A stretch of DNA of 64,000 nt from Balanoglossus misakiensis (lineage: Eukaryota; Animalia; Hemichordata). The notes beneath the pieces were generated by a model. It did no database searches and had not been told where the DNA came from. It was given only the letters and a program-made list of their open reading frames with translations. The position numbers and the translations under genes were made by a program. Within the stretch, counting starts at the first letter, position 1. Each line of letters opens with the position of its first letter. This document shows, one piece after another, positions 27,831 to 42,200 of this stretch. Location: NCBI GenBank assembly GCA_040954595.2, contig CM082581.2, positions 5,572,699 through 5,636,698 of the forward strand, read 5' to 3'.

Positions 27831-30800
27831 AAGATCAAAACCTGGCATTACCCAAGTCTTTGATTATTTGCCATTGAATCTTTCCATATGCTATACGATT
27901 CCATTTAAAAAGGTATACAGTCTACTACGAGCTATTTCATGGTTACTTTATATTAACAAAGCAACTAAACGAGAAGCGGTTTCTCTTATGTGATACTCAC
28001 GGGTAATGGATGGTTGTGATATACATGCAGTAAAGCTGTTGGAATGCAGTAGTCTGAAAGTACACCGTTACCTACTTTTTGGTGCTATACCATATACAAC
28101 CGAGTGCGCCAGCTTCGTTACCCTGATGTTAGGTTAGGGATGTACCAACAGACATGATAGGCATATGGCGCTTTTCCAACCGACTTAAAGGTACATGTAT
28201 TCCGTGGGCGTGGTGAAGTCCTGAAACTGGCGGGGAATTTAAACGGGCATTTGATAGTCTGCGATCGATGCTTGAATAAAACTGAACGATATCGAATTGG
28301 CATAGAGCCGTGTTGGTCTGCTCTTTTTATGAACAACGAAACGCACCTGCCACCCCTCAATGGATCACAAAGAACTTCCAATCTTAATGAGCTGACCAAA
28401 TCAAAATCATTGCAATGGTACGGCCGCGCTTCCATTTTTATCCGTCTGTCGTCGCCGCACATGCAGACTTCACATCTGGTTAAAGGTAATTCTGAGGTTA
28501 AGACACACGTGTGTCTCTCAACTTAGCTGAAATTATATGTTTGGTAAATTCATTGTAACTAGATTTTCCCCAGTGGGATATGGATCGCGCCAGCCAGACA
28601 AGACTCATACGTTCATCGTACCTGACCCTTATTACCGGGACGTCGCATCTATACATGTATTACCTTTCATACTTTTTCGTTATTCATTTTATGTGAGTAA
28701 AATACAGTATACAGAACTAGGGTTAACAAAATACGGTCATCGATGGAGGAGGGCTCCCGCATTGGACGACTGCGACTGCCCCTTAAAACTAAAGTGTGCT
28801 TCGCAAAACAGTTTAGTGTACAGTAAATTTATCCTATGAGGTAACAAAGGTTGATATTTCGATGCGATTTCAGTTAAATTGAAAACTTTGAATTGTCCGA
28901 TCCAAAACAAGTTAGTATAGGTGCGCAATTTTAGTGTACGACCCACTTTACATGTACTTGTTTATGACATCATCTTTTCGAGTGATTGGCTTAAAAGCAA
29001 ATCGATCAATTTTTCTAGTTTAACAACATTTACTAAACATGCATAAAAACGTCGAAGACAAAGGCAATGTATAATTTGAATAGATTTAACGACATAATTG
29101 GTGTACCGAGTTTTCCAAATGGAAAGCTTACGAATGGATTGTATTGTTACCAAAAAATACTGCCAAAGCAACAAGGCACGCACATATTCATTGCCATTTG
29201 ACAATTTTGGCAATGCCTTTATATAGCATAATTGGCACTGGGTGAAAAGAAATATGTTTTAAAACTGTTTCCGCCATTAAAATAATTTGACGACAGCACT
29301 TAAAACACTACTTACTACTGCAGCACCCGCATCAGAAGTATCACGGCACGTAACCGAATATGACTTCATAAGTTATGATACACGGTACATAAACTTTCAC
29401 GGTAATTACAAGATATCTTATTGCAAAATTGAAACAATCGCTGACGAGTTGTCTCTGATCCCTAAAGTCTGAGATGAACCTCGTATATCGGTCCGTCACG
29501 CTTCTTTTATTACTGTCTTAACTGCCGCCAAAGTTTCCCATTCAGACCCAGAACCCAATCACTGACATCAATCAATGGATAGGCGATAAACTTTTAAGAC
29601 GAGCGCGGTGTAAAATTGTAAGTAAATATCAAAGACATGGAAAAGTCGTCCGTTGGCAGAGATTAAAACAACAGAGAGCGACAGCTGGGTGGACATAATC
29701 TAATAAAACGACATGACAATTACTCATCTTGTCTTAAATGACAAAATCAATCCTCGAGTTAAACTTTAAAAACGACAGTAAGAGTGCAATGCGTCTTTTG
29801 TCGAGTGGACATGTTACATTTCACCCAACCGGCTGCGTCCATTCTTTATCGCGATTTGTAGGCAAGGGCTGGCACTCCAAGTGGTATATTAACATATCTG
29901 TCTTCGCAATTATTCACAGATTTTGTTTGCGGTTATCTGAGAATTTCCCTGGGGAACCATTCAATTTCGATTTCATAAAAGTCTTCGTGGCGATGGGGAG
30001 TATGGGAGGTGGGGTGGGGTGGGGGATATGGCTTGAACTGACGAGGGCGCTATACCATGAAGGTACATGTACCTTAAGTTTCCCTGGGCACAGACTGACG
30101 CACTTAGGTATTCACCCACGGTATCGCCTAATATAAGATTTGATGACGTGCGGTGACATCACGTCCATGTGTTGCCGGGAAAATCACAGCCACGGGGTAT
30201 GATCATGACCTATTTGCCCCTTTTCTGGGTGTAGTCAGCTCTCGAGCGAAAAAAATCATTACTCTTGTCAAAAAGTGTTAGTTTGCAGAGCTTTCGCCAG
30301 TAATTTTAACTTTATGTCTTCCGGGCTTATCAACCAGTTGCATGACACACGGCAGCGTCTACGTCACATTCTTGTGCGTTTTACTCATTGCCTGTCCTCT
30401 GTTAACGTCTATAGGCAATAAGTTGTCGGATATTTCCCGCTGCATTTTTAGTATTCCCCGGGGAATATTTACGTGGGCTTGTCAGAGAGTCTTATTTTTT
30501 GTGTTTCTGATTATCGTGCACGCAATCCCGTCAATCGTCAACCGTAGGGGCTTTGCTCCTCACTATATACTCACGTCACTTGCAGCTTTGTCAAAATATT
30601 CCGCTGCTGAAATCTCTCACGCGAGACTAAAACTAAATCGGGTCTCGTCTTCCTATACGGATTTCAGGAAACTTCACGCAACTTTTGACGGTACAGCGCC
30701 GGCGTATTCGAGTGAATATATTTTCTTATTGAGTCAACTTTATGTTCGTCATTACTACTGTAGTTACGCTAACCGACCTGTCGTGATAATGTGCGCGTAG

Positions 30801-33800
30801 ACGGGATTTTTACGAGGGGTCGTTTGGGCGCACTTTTATACGTGTGGCATCTGATGGGACTGTGTATCCACGCGTGACTTTACGCGATTATGTAAAACCA
30901 ATAATCACACTGTCGGCAGATTGACTTGATATTAATTTTGGCTCAGTAATCCCGCGGTATTAAACATTACACACGAATTCAAAGGAATTGTTCCTTTTGT
31001 CCTCTTCTGGAATTCAGACTGTGAAATAACGCATCAATCGACATCGAAATTGGTCGTTAGAAACTTCCGCAATGAACTGAGCTCGTCAAAAGTAAAAGCT
31101 TGCCGCCAAGCTGAGCAGTGTACTATTGTATCTTATCAACGTCAAAGCATTACAAATGATGGTCCGGTGATTTGTGCACTGAACATCTGGATTTTTCTAG
31201 AATCACTGACCTTTTTTGTATTACTTTTCAAAGTAAGTTTGATGTAGGATGTATCTCAAAGTAAAGAAAGCACGGTACGAACATATCTGGCATGTTAACT
31301 GCATCATTTTGGGAGAACACAAAACAATTAGTCAATTTGTTTGGTTGGGGAAGGGAGTAAAACAACATCATCAGTATTCGGCGAGTATTCAGTGGATCGT
31401 TGAGGAAGTGACCGTGAACTCACGAGAGGAATTCAAGAGTAAGATGACGTCATGATTGTCTGTGTTGGAACGAACAACCACTAACGAGCGCAATGTCTGG
31501 ACCATTTCAAAATGAAAAGCAGCCAGCCCGATACACACGCCGTTGCAGTATTTTAGTTTGAAAGTCGTGTAGTTGATCACGCACACAGACAGACGTGGTA
31601 CTCAGACGAAAAGTCGCGTAAAGTAAGATATACATGTATGTCGGCCATGCGGAGATTGTCTGTATTAACGATCGAAATTAAGCGAATCAGCTCGTTTTCT
31701 CCATTTGTCGATCAATTTTGTGGATAGGTCAAAGTTTCATCAAAATCTTCCATTTTAATTTCCGTGGTTGGCCACGTTTTGTCGTTCATAATTTGTCGAA
31801 AATGTACAGCAATACTGGAAATGAAAAAAGACGATTATTATGAACAATTATAGCAGAAATTTATAAAAAATGAAGTCTACCAATACATTGTATATTAAAA
31901 TACCGGATATCAATACTAATGAAAAGTGGGCGTTTTTAGAAATAAATCAAGATAAAAACGAAATGTTCGTGAAGGAATGTGCAGTATATTGAGGAACCAA
32001 ATTTTTTCCGAAATTCAATAAATGCCAAACGTGATTTTGTTTCCTTTGAGTCCATTATTGCAAAATGGTTAATCATCTTATGCATCTTGTGGGAAACGTT
32101 AGTGGCTTTTTAGAACAACAACGGGTGTGCTTAGACATCGTGATATCAGATTGAAAATTCGCAAGGCACAAATCACTGTTCCCATTGCCTTAGCAACCAT
32201 GCATGTTCAGTCCATCGGTCGTGGTTGCACTGATACCGTCACAGCCGGAAGCCGCAGAAGGTTTGTCTAAATGTGACGTGCTGCCAGTATTAAAAGAGAT
32301 CTAGCTTTTGTTTGCGTTGCTGTGACTTTATTGAAAAGTCATCCCAATTGTCTGCGTTTAATCGACTCAGAGTCATCATCAAGTTGTGTCCGCGAGATGA
32401 AATTGCATTTGCTAGTGATCATGCGCACCACGCGTTTCCCCCGAGAGGGCAGTAAACAATGTCGAAAGACATGAACGCGGCACGCCCGTATATAGTGCAA
32501 ATCGTGTGGTGTTGCAGGGTTTTTTTGCTGAATAAGGCATCTATCGGACCTTGTAGCTAGGTATATCACGACCCGGAGTAATAAGATCCAGATACTCGGG
32601 ACATGCATGAAGTGTAACTGTGTTCATTCAACACATCTGAATCATGTTCGGGTACTGCTTGTCGGACATTTCATTTGTAGTATAGTGATTAGTATTTTGT
32701 GTTTGACTATAGCCATCAGTTTGGTTGCGATGTCGACGTGCACGTTATAGTCTTGGCACAGTTAATCAGCATAATCCATTCTCTAGAAACGAATGAATCG
32801 CGTACGTTAAAACTATATTAGGTATCTACCTTATTCAAGGTAAACACCCTATCGACAAAGAAGAGTCTCCCGATTGATGACGTCATGGATTTTGTTGTTG
32901 AACGACAGAACGAGAGGAATGCTGTTACGCAGACCAATCAATTTGAAAGTGGATTTACTGTGCCCGGAAGGACCCACTCGCAGATGAAACGTCACAACAA
33001 GGTTTTAATTCAACTCAGACGACAGTTTGTCCATTAAAGGCATTTCTCGAGTCGCATTTTTGTTCTTTCGAAAGACATTTACCTTTTCAGCAGAATGAAG
33101 TGGTGTGATTACACTTTGACGGCATTAGACACATTTTTTCATCAACAAGCCTCAAGATTCACTTGTTACCAGTTCGTGGTTGACTGCGTGTACATAGCGT
33201 AAAATGCGCAATCATGCAATCCGACTATATGCTCAGTGATACACGGGAGATATTTCTGGTGATACCGAGTTGACTATACACAGACGACGTTAAGGCATTT
33301 AGCGATATTCTAGGCGGTACAAGGTGATGCCAGGGCTTACTTTATCAGATTCTGGTGATCAAATGTGATTACTAATAGGCCTACCGATAAAGAATGGGGT
33401 CTACATGTTGGCGCTCTAACAGTGCGACAAAAGAGGCCTGTGTGATACCGAAGTCAATTCTTACAACCACAGAACGAACACGCAAAATGAAGTGGCGTGT
33501 CTACAAATTACACTCCACGAAATGGATTACAGCTGACTCGCAAAACAGCCCGCAGTATAAAGGCAGAGACTCTTAACCGACCACCGACAGAACGGCGGGT
33601 TTTCACAAAAAGTACATTTCCGCTAACTGACATCATTTCATGAAGGCTTCCTCCATTATTACAATTTTCAGGTCGATAAGGCGACAGCAAGGCGCCGACG
33701 TTTCACCGCGAAAATGACGAAAAACGGAAAAGCGGCAAAAACACCCGAGTCACAACACAGCCGGCTGGCGGGATGATGTCATCTTGTCAGAAGATGGCCG

Positions 33801-35631
33801 AAGCTTTTAGCGAATCTTGTCGTCAGATCAGAATGACTTTAGATTGGCACATAAATTATCTGGTATACAACCTCTGTAAGGTCGTTCACCTACCCACGAT
33901 TTGATCGAACGGAGGGAAGAAAATACCCCTGGTCTGTTATGTTAACCTATTACGTTTATAAGGTAAAGGATCGCCGTCAAAAGAAACCCATCACTCGTTC
34001 ACATCGTATATGTTTATCCAGAATCAAAGTGACGCAGTGAATTTTGATGGTTCGACCTTTACGGCTAACAGTTCGGCTTGGCACAGTTAGCCACGTTTAC
34101 AGCACCGGAGAACAGAGATAAATTTAATCAACTCCGTAGTTTCGAAATGACACGTATATTTTCTCTGCCGTTTATCCATTGTGGCAAGATTTTTACTCTC
34201 ATATCCTACAAACGGGATGGAAGTTGTGCGTGTTCGAACGTTGATTCACTATACATGTATATCCACATGTAGAATAACATAAACGGTGTCTTGTATCAAA
34301 CATAATTAATGGAAATGGGGCAGCGAGAGAGAGAGACTTTGTCCCTTTACTAGTAATGACTGGAGGCACGTTGACGGAGATCTGACAATCAAACCGCATC
34401 CACTTTGCAGTGGAATGGTGATGCAATCTGTGCGGTACATCACAGAGTAATGGAAAGTCGCGTATGGCCGATCGAGATAGCTGAAACAACCATTACCCAC
34501 CAGACGATTTTATTTTTTATTTGATTGGCTTTTTCGAATGTTACGGATCAGAATTGACGCGATCGAGCGAACAAGACAAGTATGTACCTGCGGCAATGAC
34601 AGGCGATTGTGGTTGTGAAGTCTGGCGGAAGGGGGCACCTGTGACGATGAAAAAAGACCATGTGATGCCGACGTTTGTCATTTCGAAATGAATGAAGCAC
34701 GCCTTACACCGCAATACGGGAGAGATACCTGAACGTACATGTACATGTACATGTATAACTGGAAGATGTTTTTCTGTGTGAAGAGGGAATCTGAGTTGTA
34801 ACTGCAGTCCGGGTCACGCAAACACCATTCCCGGGGCATTGCTCTGCCGTTATCAGAGTTAAACGAATAACCATCATCAAAGAGCGTCACCGTAGCACAA
34901 ACATCAGCGGTTCCTTCAGAGATCTACTATCGCCGAGTCAATCAATGGACTTTGTCTAAATTGTTTGACGTGAAGAGCATTTGAATCAAGCGCTCGCCGA
35001 GACGGACGTAACGGGCCACAATGATTAAACATTCGACGTGACCCCTCCCCCCCCCCAACCCCCAATACGAAAACCACTGAGATATAACGTTGTGTACCTA
35101 CGTCGGTCCATCTGTACGAGACCGCCTCTTGATCTTCTTCCCGTTTGTAGAATTCAGGCAAACCACACATACACACAAGAAGTCCAGTTAAAACGATAGT
35201 CGATGATAATGCTTGTATCTTTAAACGTCGCCCGGGGTGAAGGGCACGGTTGTGACATTTCCTGAGATTATGTAAAACGGATACTTGGAGATCTAATTTC
35301 CTCCCCGCGCAATCATGGCTGTACAGACAGCGCATCATTCAGACACAGCAAAACATTCACTATTTTAATTTACCGAACACTGTCGAAGAATGCGATCGTA
35401 CCGGAAATGTAGTTCTTTTATCGAATATTTGCATGCTCAGTCCGACGTCTGTTTAGATTAATCACGGTGCAGTGTCTTCTCAACAGTCGGATTCCGTTTG
35501 TTTTATGGAGTAAAGTTATGGCCTTCATTTTGACTTTACGCGCTATTATCCGATTCATTGTTTATTTTGGCAAGTTAAAAAGGTATGAGGCTTTCAATTC
35601 GTGTGGTCAATAGGTTGGCTGGGTTAGAGCG

Positions 35632-35640
35632 TGGTTGGAC

Positions 35641-35674
<34 letters not shown>

Positions 35675-35793
35675 ATCTTGGATGGATCTTGGATGGACAG
35701 GCGGAAGGACGGGCAGCCGATTGGTTGATTGATTGGTTGGTTGGTTGGTTGGTTGGTTGGTTGGTTGGTTGGTTGAACTGACTGACTGACTGA
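35632..35793. repeat. Compound microsatellite (GGAC/GGAT)n ... (GATT)n-(GGTT)n-(TGAC)n
   Basis: Read directly; accounts for the QPTN/HPSI-repeat ORFs at 35575..35910 and 35607..35882. Confidence 0.92.
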
Positions 35794-38700
35794 TCGTGGG
35801 CTGGGGATCGAAAAGTTGACGGTAAGTGGGACACCGAGCGTAGGATGGAGTGTATCTGGGTCAGAGCACCATACAAGTTCACAAAACGCAGATGAATTTC
35901 TTGACGTCAACTAATCATTTTCTATCAAAACATTGATAGTTTGAGTGGAGGCATGACAGGCTACCCCATTCTACCTAGCTTGTGGAAAAGTGGTCTAGAT
36001 GGCACGGGGCACAATACAAATGAATAGCCAAATACAGACGAAGGAGGGAAACGTTTGAAATGGACACAAAGAACAACTTTAATATCGCTCTGACAGAAAC
36101 CTCCGAAAATCAGCAGTGTCGCACTCAAACTATATCGCATTTGCTTTCATCTCCAACAGTGATTGACTCCGATAAGGTACCGTGACGGAGATGGATTCCA
36201 TTAAAAGGGCACTCAATCAAAAATGCCTCCTTCCTTCTGAGTACGATTCGCTGTAACATTTCGCGGTGTTATTGAGGAAAGCGTTTCAGAGCACCGGTGT
36301 TGGTGTGTTTATTGCGCGGAAGTTATTGTTGTGCCGCACGCCATTTCAATAGCGGTTTAACCCGGGGGGTCACTCCCACACTCCGAATTGATTTAAATTA
36401 TTGCTTTTAAGTGCAACATCAGTCGGGAGAGAATAAATCTATTTACTCGTATATTGAAAACTGTCAATATCCTAACATGACGAGATCCCCCTTTTCACAT
36501 TACGGGAGACCCCGATTCTTTGACGGTGTTTTAATGGAATTTAATTACGCGACAAATAAGCGTTCTTTCTCGCGGCATTAAATAGATTGGGAGGCTCATT
36601 AAGGAAAACACTGCCGGGTATACACCCGCCGAGTGATGGGAAACCGACTACGTGGTTTTACTAGAGCAGAACCACGAGAAACCGTTGATGTTGTTAAAGT
36701 ACCATCTGATATATGCGTGTTCCAAATAAGACAAACAGTCAACGTTTACGTTGCATGACGTCAGAATGTGGCGAAATCTGTTTACGAATGTCGGCTGTTT
36801 ATGATAGCCCAAATAGGTGATCACATTTATTGTCTTGGTTACTAAGGGATAACCCATTTCATATTGGGGGGACTGGAGGAAGTGGATATGGAGGCTATTC
36901 TTTTTGATAATGGTGAGGGCAAATCGTGCTATTTTCCTAGTACATTGACCTTTTTCAACCAAACAACGACAGCTTTGATAAACGGAAGACCATTACCTTA
37001 ATTTATACACCAGAAAACTACTTTAATTTAGAAATTAAGTTAATTTCTGAACCGACACTGGGTAACATGAACGGCACCCCGTTGGTGTTAACTGGGGAAT
37101 ACGCGGAGCCATTAACTTGAAATACAATTAATCATATTAAACGACACATTTTCATTAGTTTTGCTCATAATCAATCACGGTAGGATGTGCGTTTTGTTAG
37201 CATTTCCAGCTCATCAGATTATTTCTGACATTATCAACAAATAGTTGATTCATGGCTGTGTCTATAGGAAGTAGGTTAACTTTTGATGTATTATTATAGA
37301 GGGCGCTGTGCATAATTCAACTGATGTCGTTTTGTTTATTCCGCTGTATCTGATCTTAAAGTTGTACGTGGTTGCCGAATAATATGAGACGTCCACACAA
37401 ATTGCAGATAGAGAGCTGTGTGCAACATGTTTCAAAGATTGTACCTTATTTTTAATTAATACGCAAGATCACATACCCGCACGCACAAGTACGAGTGGAT
37501 GTACGCACAGACGGACAGAATGATGGTTAGATGGATGTGCCAATTTGTGCACGGTTAAATTTAACGATTTCGTCTTCTGGCAAAACTTTTAGGGTGATCT
37601 TATTAAGCGAGGACGAGGATAGAGTCTGGCACAAAAGACATTAAGAGCAATATTCCGCGACCTGTCGAGAGTCCATTTAAAATGATAGATGGAAGTAGAT
37701 TTCATAACAAGTTTTTCACCCCAGCAGAATGTCTGACATTCGCGGCAATATTTCAAAACAAACCTCGAGGGATTTGAAATCGCGCTCGTCTTTTCTCCCA
37801 CTGAATGGCAAATATCTACGTATTACCTCACCGCAGTTTCGGCCAAACTAAAGAAAAGTGAGAATTTGATTTCGAATCAATGCTTTGTCCATTTTGCGCC
37901 CTAAGCTAATTGTAAAAGTCACTGTACTATCGTACTTGAGTTTACCACGCATGTTTCAAGTCAAGTGGCAGACTTCCAAAATATCATAAACGTCACATGG
38001 AGTTATTTGCGTGTATGCCTGTTTTCATTACATGCATGCAACAAATCCGAATTCAATATTACTGTTTTGAAGATATTCAAATTGACAAGTCCGATCAAAT
38101 TTAGCCAAGGAAATGACATTGCCAAACGATCCCTTGAAAACAGAATAACTTGACATGTTTTTGAAAGAGGTTCCTGTCATAACATTCTACAACGCAAAAG
38201 ACTGTGACTTCGTTGTTAACCAAGAGTGTAATTGTTTAGCACAAAACCTTTAGCCGACAGCACGGTGTCCACGTCACAATTTTGTTTAATGGGCCACTGT
38301 TGCCAGCTTGAAATCACGTGATTTTTAAAGCAATCTGAAGTAATTTCAGAACGTGCAGGCCTGCATGCAGAATACGGGCTTCGGCATACAGGAATAACGT
38401 TTTGCCGTGGTTAAGAGGGGATATGTTTACGATATCATTCCGCTTTTACGCTTGAATATGAAAATGTTGCCGTTTGCCACTAAGCTGCAAACCTTTGTTG
38501 GACTCAAATAGGATTCCGATGACATCCTCCAAATATACTCACACCTGGTATTTACTAAACAAATCTGCGCACATGTGTACCCTTACGCTAAGCACGTGCT
38601 TTGACCACTGTAATAGCCTAAGCTAGCTCTCTCTTTCGCCGCAAAATAGAGAAAGACATACCGTCGTTTATATTGACGGACAATATGTGCTGCAAGCTAT

Positions 38701-39082
38701 ATGTCTTGCAATGAAAACCTTTCCATTTGATGTATTCTCGTAATTTGGCACAGCGACAAGGGCCTCTAATCACATTCACCTGGCCTTATTGGAGCTTTTT
38801 GCGAATGACAGCAAAGAAATGGACAATATTGTGATTTAAGAGTCGGAATTACTTCCATAAAATATTTCAACATGGTATCCATCAAATGTAAATGGTTTAA
38901 CATTCTCGTCACCAGACTGGACATCAAATATGGAATGTGTCTGGCAGAGTGCTCAGTCAAGCAGAGCGAAGTAATATCAGATGCATTAATATCATTTCAA
39001 ATAGATTTCGCAGTGATATCCCTGAATGTATAATTCAAGTTTGACTAGCTGTTAACTCTATGTCTGCCGTCATAAGCTTGTA

Positions 39083-39218
39083 TGTCTGTCTGTCTGTCTG
39101 TGACTGTGTCTATCTATCTGTCTCTCTGTCTGTCTCTCTGTCTGTCTCTTTCTCTCTCTCTCTGTCTCTCTCCGTCTGTCTTCCTGACTGCCAGATACGT
39201 TTGTCTGTCTGACTGACT
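39083..39218. repeat. (TCTG)n/(TC)n microsatellite
   Basis: Read directly. Confidence 0.9.
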
Positions 39219-42200
39219 GCACAATATATCAAACTGTACATTTGTTTGCCTCTCTATCTGACTGTCTCACTCCCACTCCTTAACTCTTGCTTGCTCGCCA
39301 ACACACGCATATGCAATATCTCTCTCAGTATCTCCCGTATCTCCGCTTTTGCGGTAAGTGCTCAAGCCAGCAGCGTGGATTGACGCATTGATTGTTGATG
39401 GTTGTCTATTGTACTTCTAGGGCAAGGCCTGGTTTTTGCATAAGCTTAGAAGTTGCAAATCGGAGATAATTTTAATCAAATATTATATACATTTAGTAAA
39501 CCTTGCCAGTATCGCCAATACTTGTTAATTTTTGTTAACATTGAATCGCGATCGACTATTGTAACTTTTATTTTCAGTGGGCAGACGAAGTGCGCGGAAG
39601 ACAAACATCCTTAAGTTTATGGCATAAACACTTAAAGCACTACGTCACACGAAGATGATTGTATACTTTGTGTACACTGTATGAAGATATGATATTACAA
39701 TGATGAAGTGAACTACATGTTTTGTAAATATGTATCATCGTCACTTACCACGTTACATGTGTTTGTCTTTTCTTCATCAGAACCATCAGAGATTAAGATT
39801 TCCGGTGCATATGGTCACTAAGATATGTTCCAATCTTCTAAATGCGTGTAGCAGTGCTTTTTGTACGAGGACGGTAGACAAAACCCTGAGTCGCAGAGTT
39901 CAGACACCTCACTCAGCCTCATTCGGTCCAATCCAGACAATTGCTGTTATGAAAACCAACACACAGTAGTTAGTATAGACAATACACGTCACTTCCTCAT
40001 CACAAAGCTGGATCCGAATAAATTGTGCCCTCGCGTGTCTTTACTCTGGATGTTGCAAGATCCAGACCCGAGGGTTCACTTGTGTCATATGCCGCGAACT
40101 GCGTTTATTAGCTATGTTCACAACATTTGGGGTTTTAGACAAATACGCCGCCTTGATGTTAGCGTTAAAAGCAACAGTGCTGGAAGGCACGGGCGGCGGC
40201 GAGTTCAAAAGGCCACGGCAACCCTTTGCGTGCCGTCGAAAATTTTGCGTTGCGTTTTGCACCCAATTTGTTTCATCTGTGCGCGCAGAAATTACAACGG
40301 CAAATGTGGGTAATGACATCGCGTGAGCATGGTTGGGCTTTCAATGTGTTGCGGCGTTATTTGGTGACGTGGGATGTGTGTTCGGTTCGGGGGTGCGTCA
40401 CAGGTTTCTCTGATTATGTTTATGTTGTGTGAAGTTCAGAGGCGTGGCGCGGCGTGGTGAAATATCAGATGTTTTCAGGGCGACAGCGGCAAGTCCTTGA
40501 TATATGCGCTTACTGATAGGGTTGGTAAATGGAGCATTGCCGTATGTACTGACGAAATATTTATGTGGAGCGACACGATGAGATAGGAGTATAACAAAAT
40601 GAACAAAAATTTAGTATTCTTGAGATAACACATTATTAAGGGTATGAGGTGACTCCTTGATTGCAGCTATATATTCGCAGTGCGCTGTATTAAATGACTT
40701 TTCCATTTATGGTTCATCGACTTGCCTTGAAATCCCGTCGACTGTCGCGAAAAGGTCGTGAAAGGTCATTTCCGAAAAGACTCTTTGGTGAGAGACACAT
40801 TTTGCGATGAGCTGTTACAAATTCGAACATGGTCACCTAACGACACCTGGACAACGTGACTAATCTTGGTCGATGACAGTAATCGACGACATGGAAAATG
40901 GGATGCGACTTACTTTTACTTCGTTACCGGAATGGCGATGCGATCGTTCAATAAGCGAAATTGAGTCCGTGCGTACATTAATTCACATGCAACACATTTG
41001 ACGGTTTCACGTCCTTCGTTTTGTGGCGCACAGTATAATACGACGAAAAAGCTTCTTTTTATTACTCTGTAGCTTTAAAAATCTACATCCGAAGGTGTTC
41101 GAAATATCTGGCGGTTAATTTGCCATAAACCGACACGACATCAATGATTTGGAGCTTTGATTGAGATGTTTGTGAACCCCCAGTCCTCTGCAAGCACATC
41201 TCTTTGTTGAGCCGTCAAATTGAGACATTAATTTTGAGCTAGTGCGCTCCCGGTAACGAACCCCTTCGGTAATGCATCACCTTATCGAAAATGCAATCGA
41301 TGTTTAGTAGAAATTGACGTATACTTGAGACCGCCAAGACGTTTTTCGAGAAGGTGTCATTTGCGCATGTCTGTCTATACTTCAGCAAGTCTATACGTGT
41401 AGGCCTTGATGCCATAAATGGGAATATCAGAGACAGGCAGAAACGGGGGTCTCTACATCGGTCGCTCGGTAGTAGATTATATACATGTACACGCATGTAG
41501 GTAAACACGCGAGCTTGCGTGAAATCTATCAAAAAACAGCCCACTTTTATACCAATTACTAGTATAATAAATATACCCGTTTAATATTGTCGTTTGTATT
41601 CTTCTGATCTGTCGAGATTTTAGAAGTAAAGAAAAAAAAAATATTCGCTGTCGACTGTAAACCTCTCCTTTAGGGCACATGCATCAAACGTATTTATGAC
41701 AATATTTAAATTTTGCATATCACACATTTTATTGCTCAGATTTTGCAGATTTCAACTTTAACGACATAGACTTCATCGATACAATCTCTTAAGTCGTTTT
41801 TATTCGACAGCGCCTATATACAACCGACATGAACAATCATTCTTGTGGGTAGTGTTCAATATTTTATGGAATTTCTAAGTCGTCAATTACATCAAGACAT
41901 CGTCACGTGGGACCCATCCAACACCTTCCGACGGGAAAAAGTTAATAAGTGTCCGTTATCGACTGGGCCCTATTGTTGGCAACGAAATAAATCAGGAGAT
42001 ATTAATTAGCCATAGGATAGGAATTCCAAAACTATATATTTTTCACGCGTCTCGAATCAAGAGCAGCAAATTATACGCGCCCCTGCTGTTGGAACATTTC
42101 TATTAAAATCAGCCATGTGTATTTTCATCTGTGGGCCTTAAAGCATGCATGCCGTCGTTTTATTTGACCTTCAGTATCCCTGGATTGACGTGCGATTAAA

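Noticed and set aside
30342-30800. 152-aa hydrophobic ORF
   Set aside because: No recognisable family motif or splice support; a length like this can occur by chance in 64 kb.
35575-35910. ORFs with QPTN/HPSI repeats
   Set aside because: These are translations of tetranucleotide microsatellites.
39861-40432. Overlapping ORFs in a GC-richer patch
   Set aside because: No domain similarity; possibly a decayed repeat, but I could not define TIRs or a TSD.
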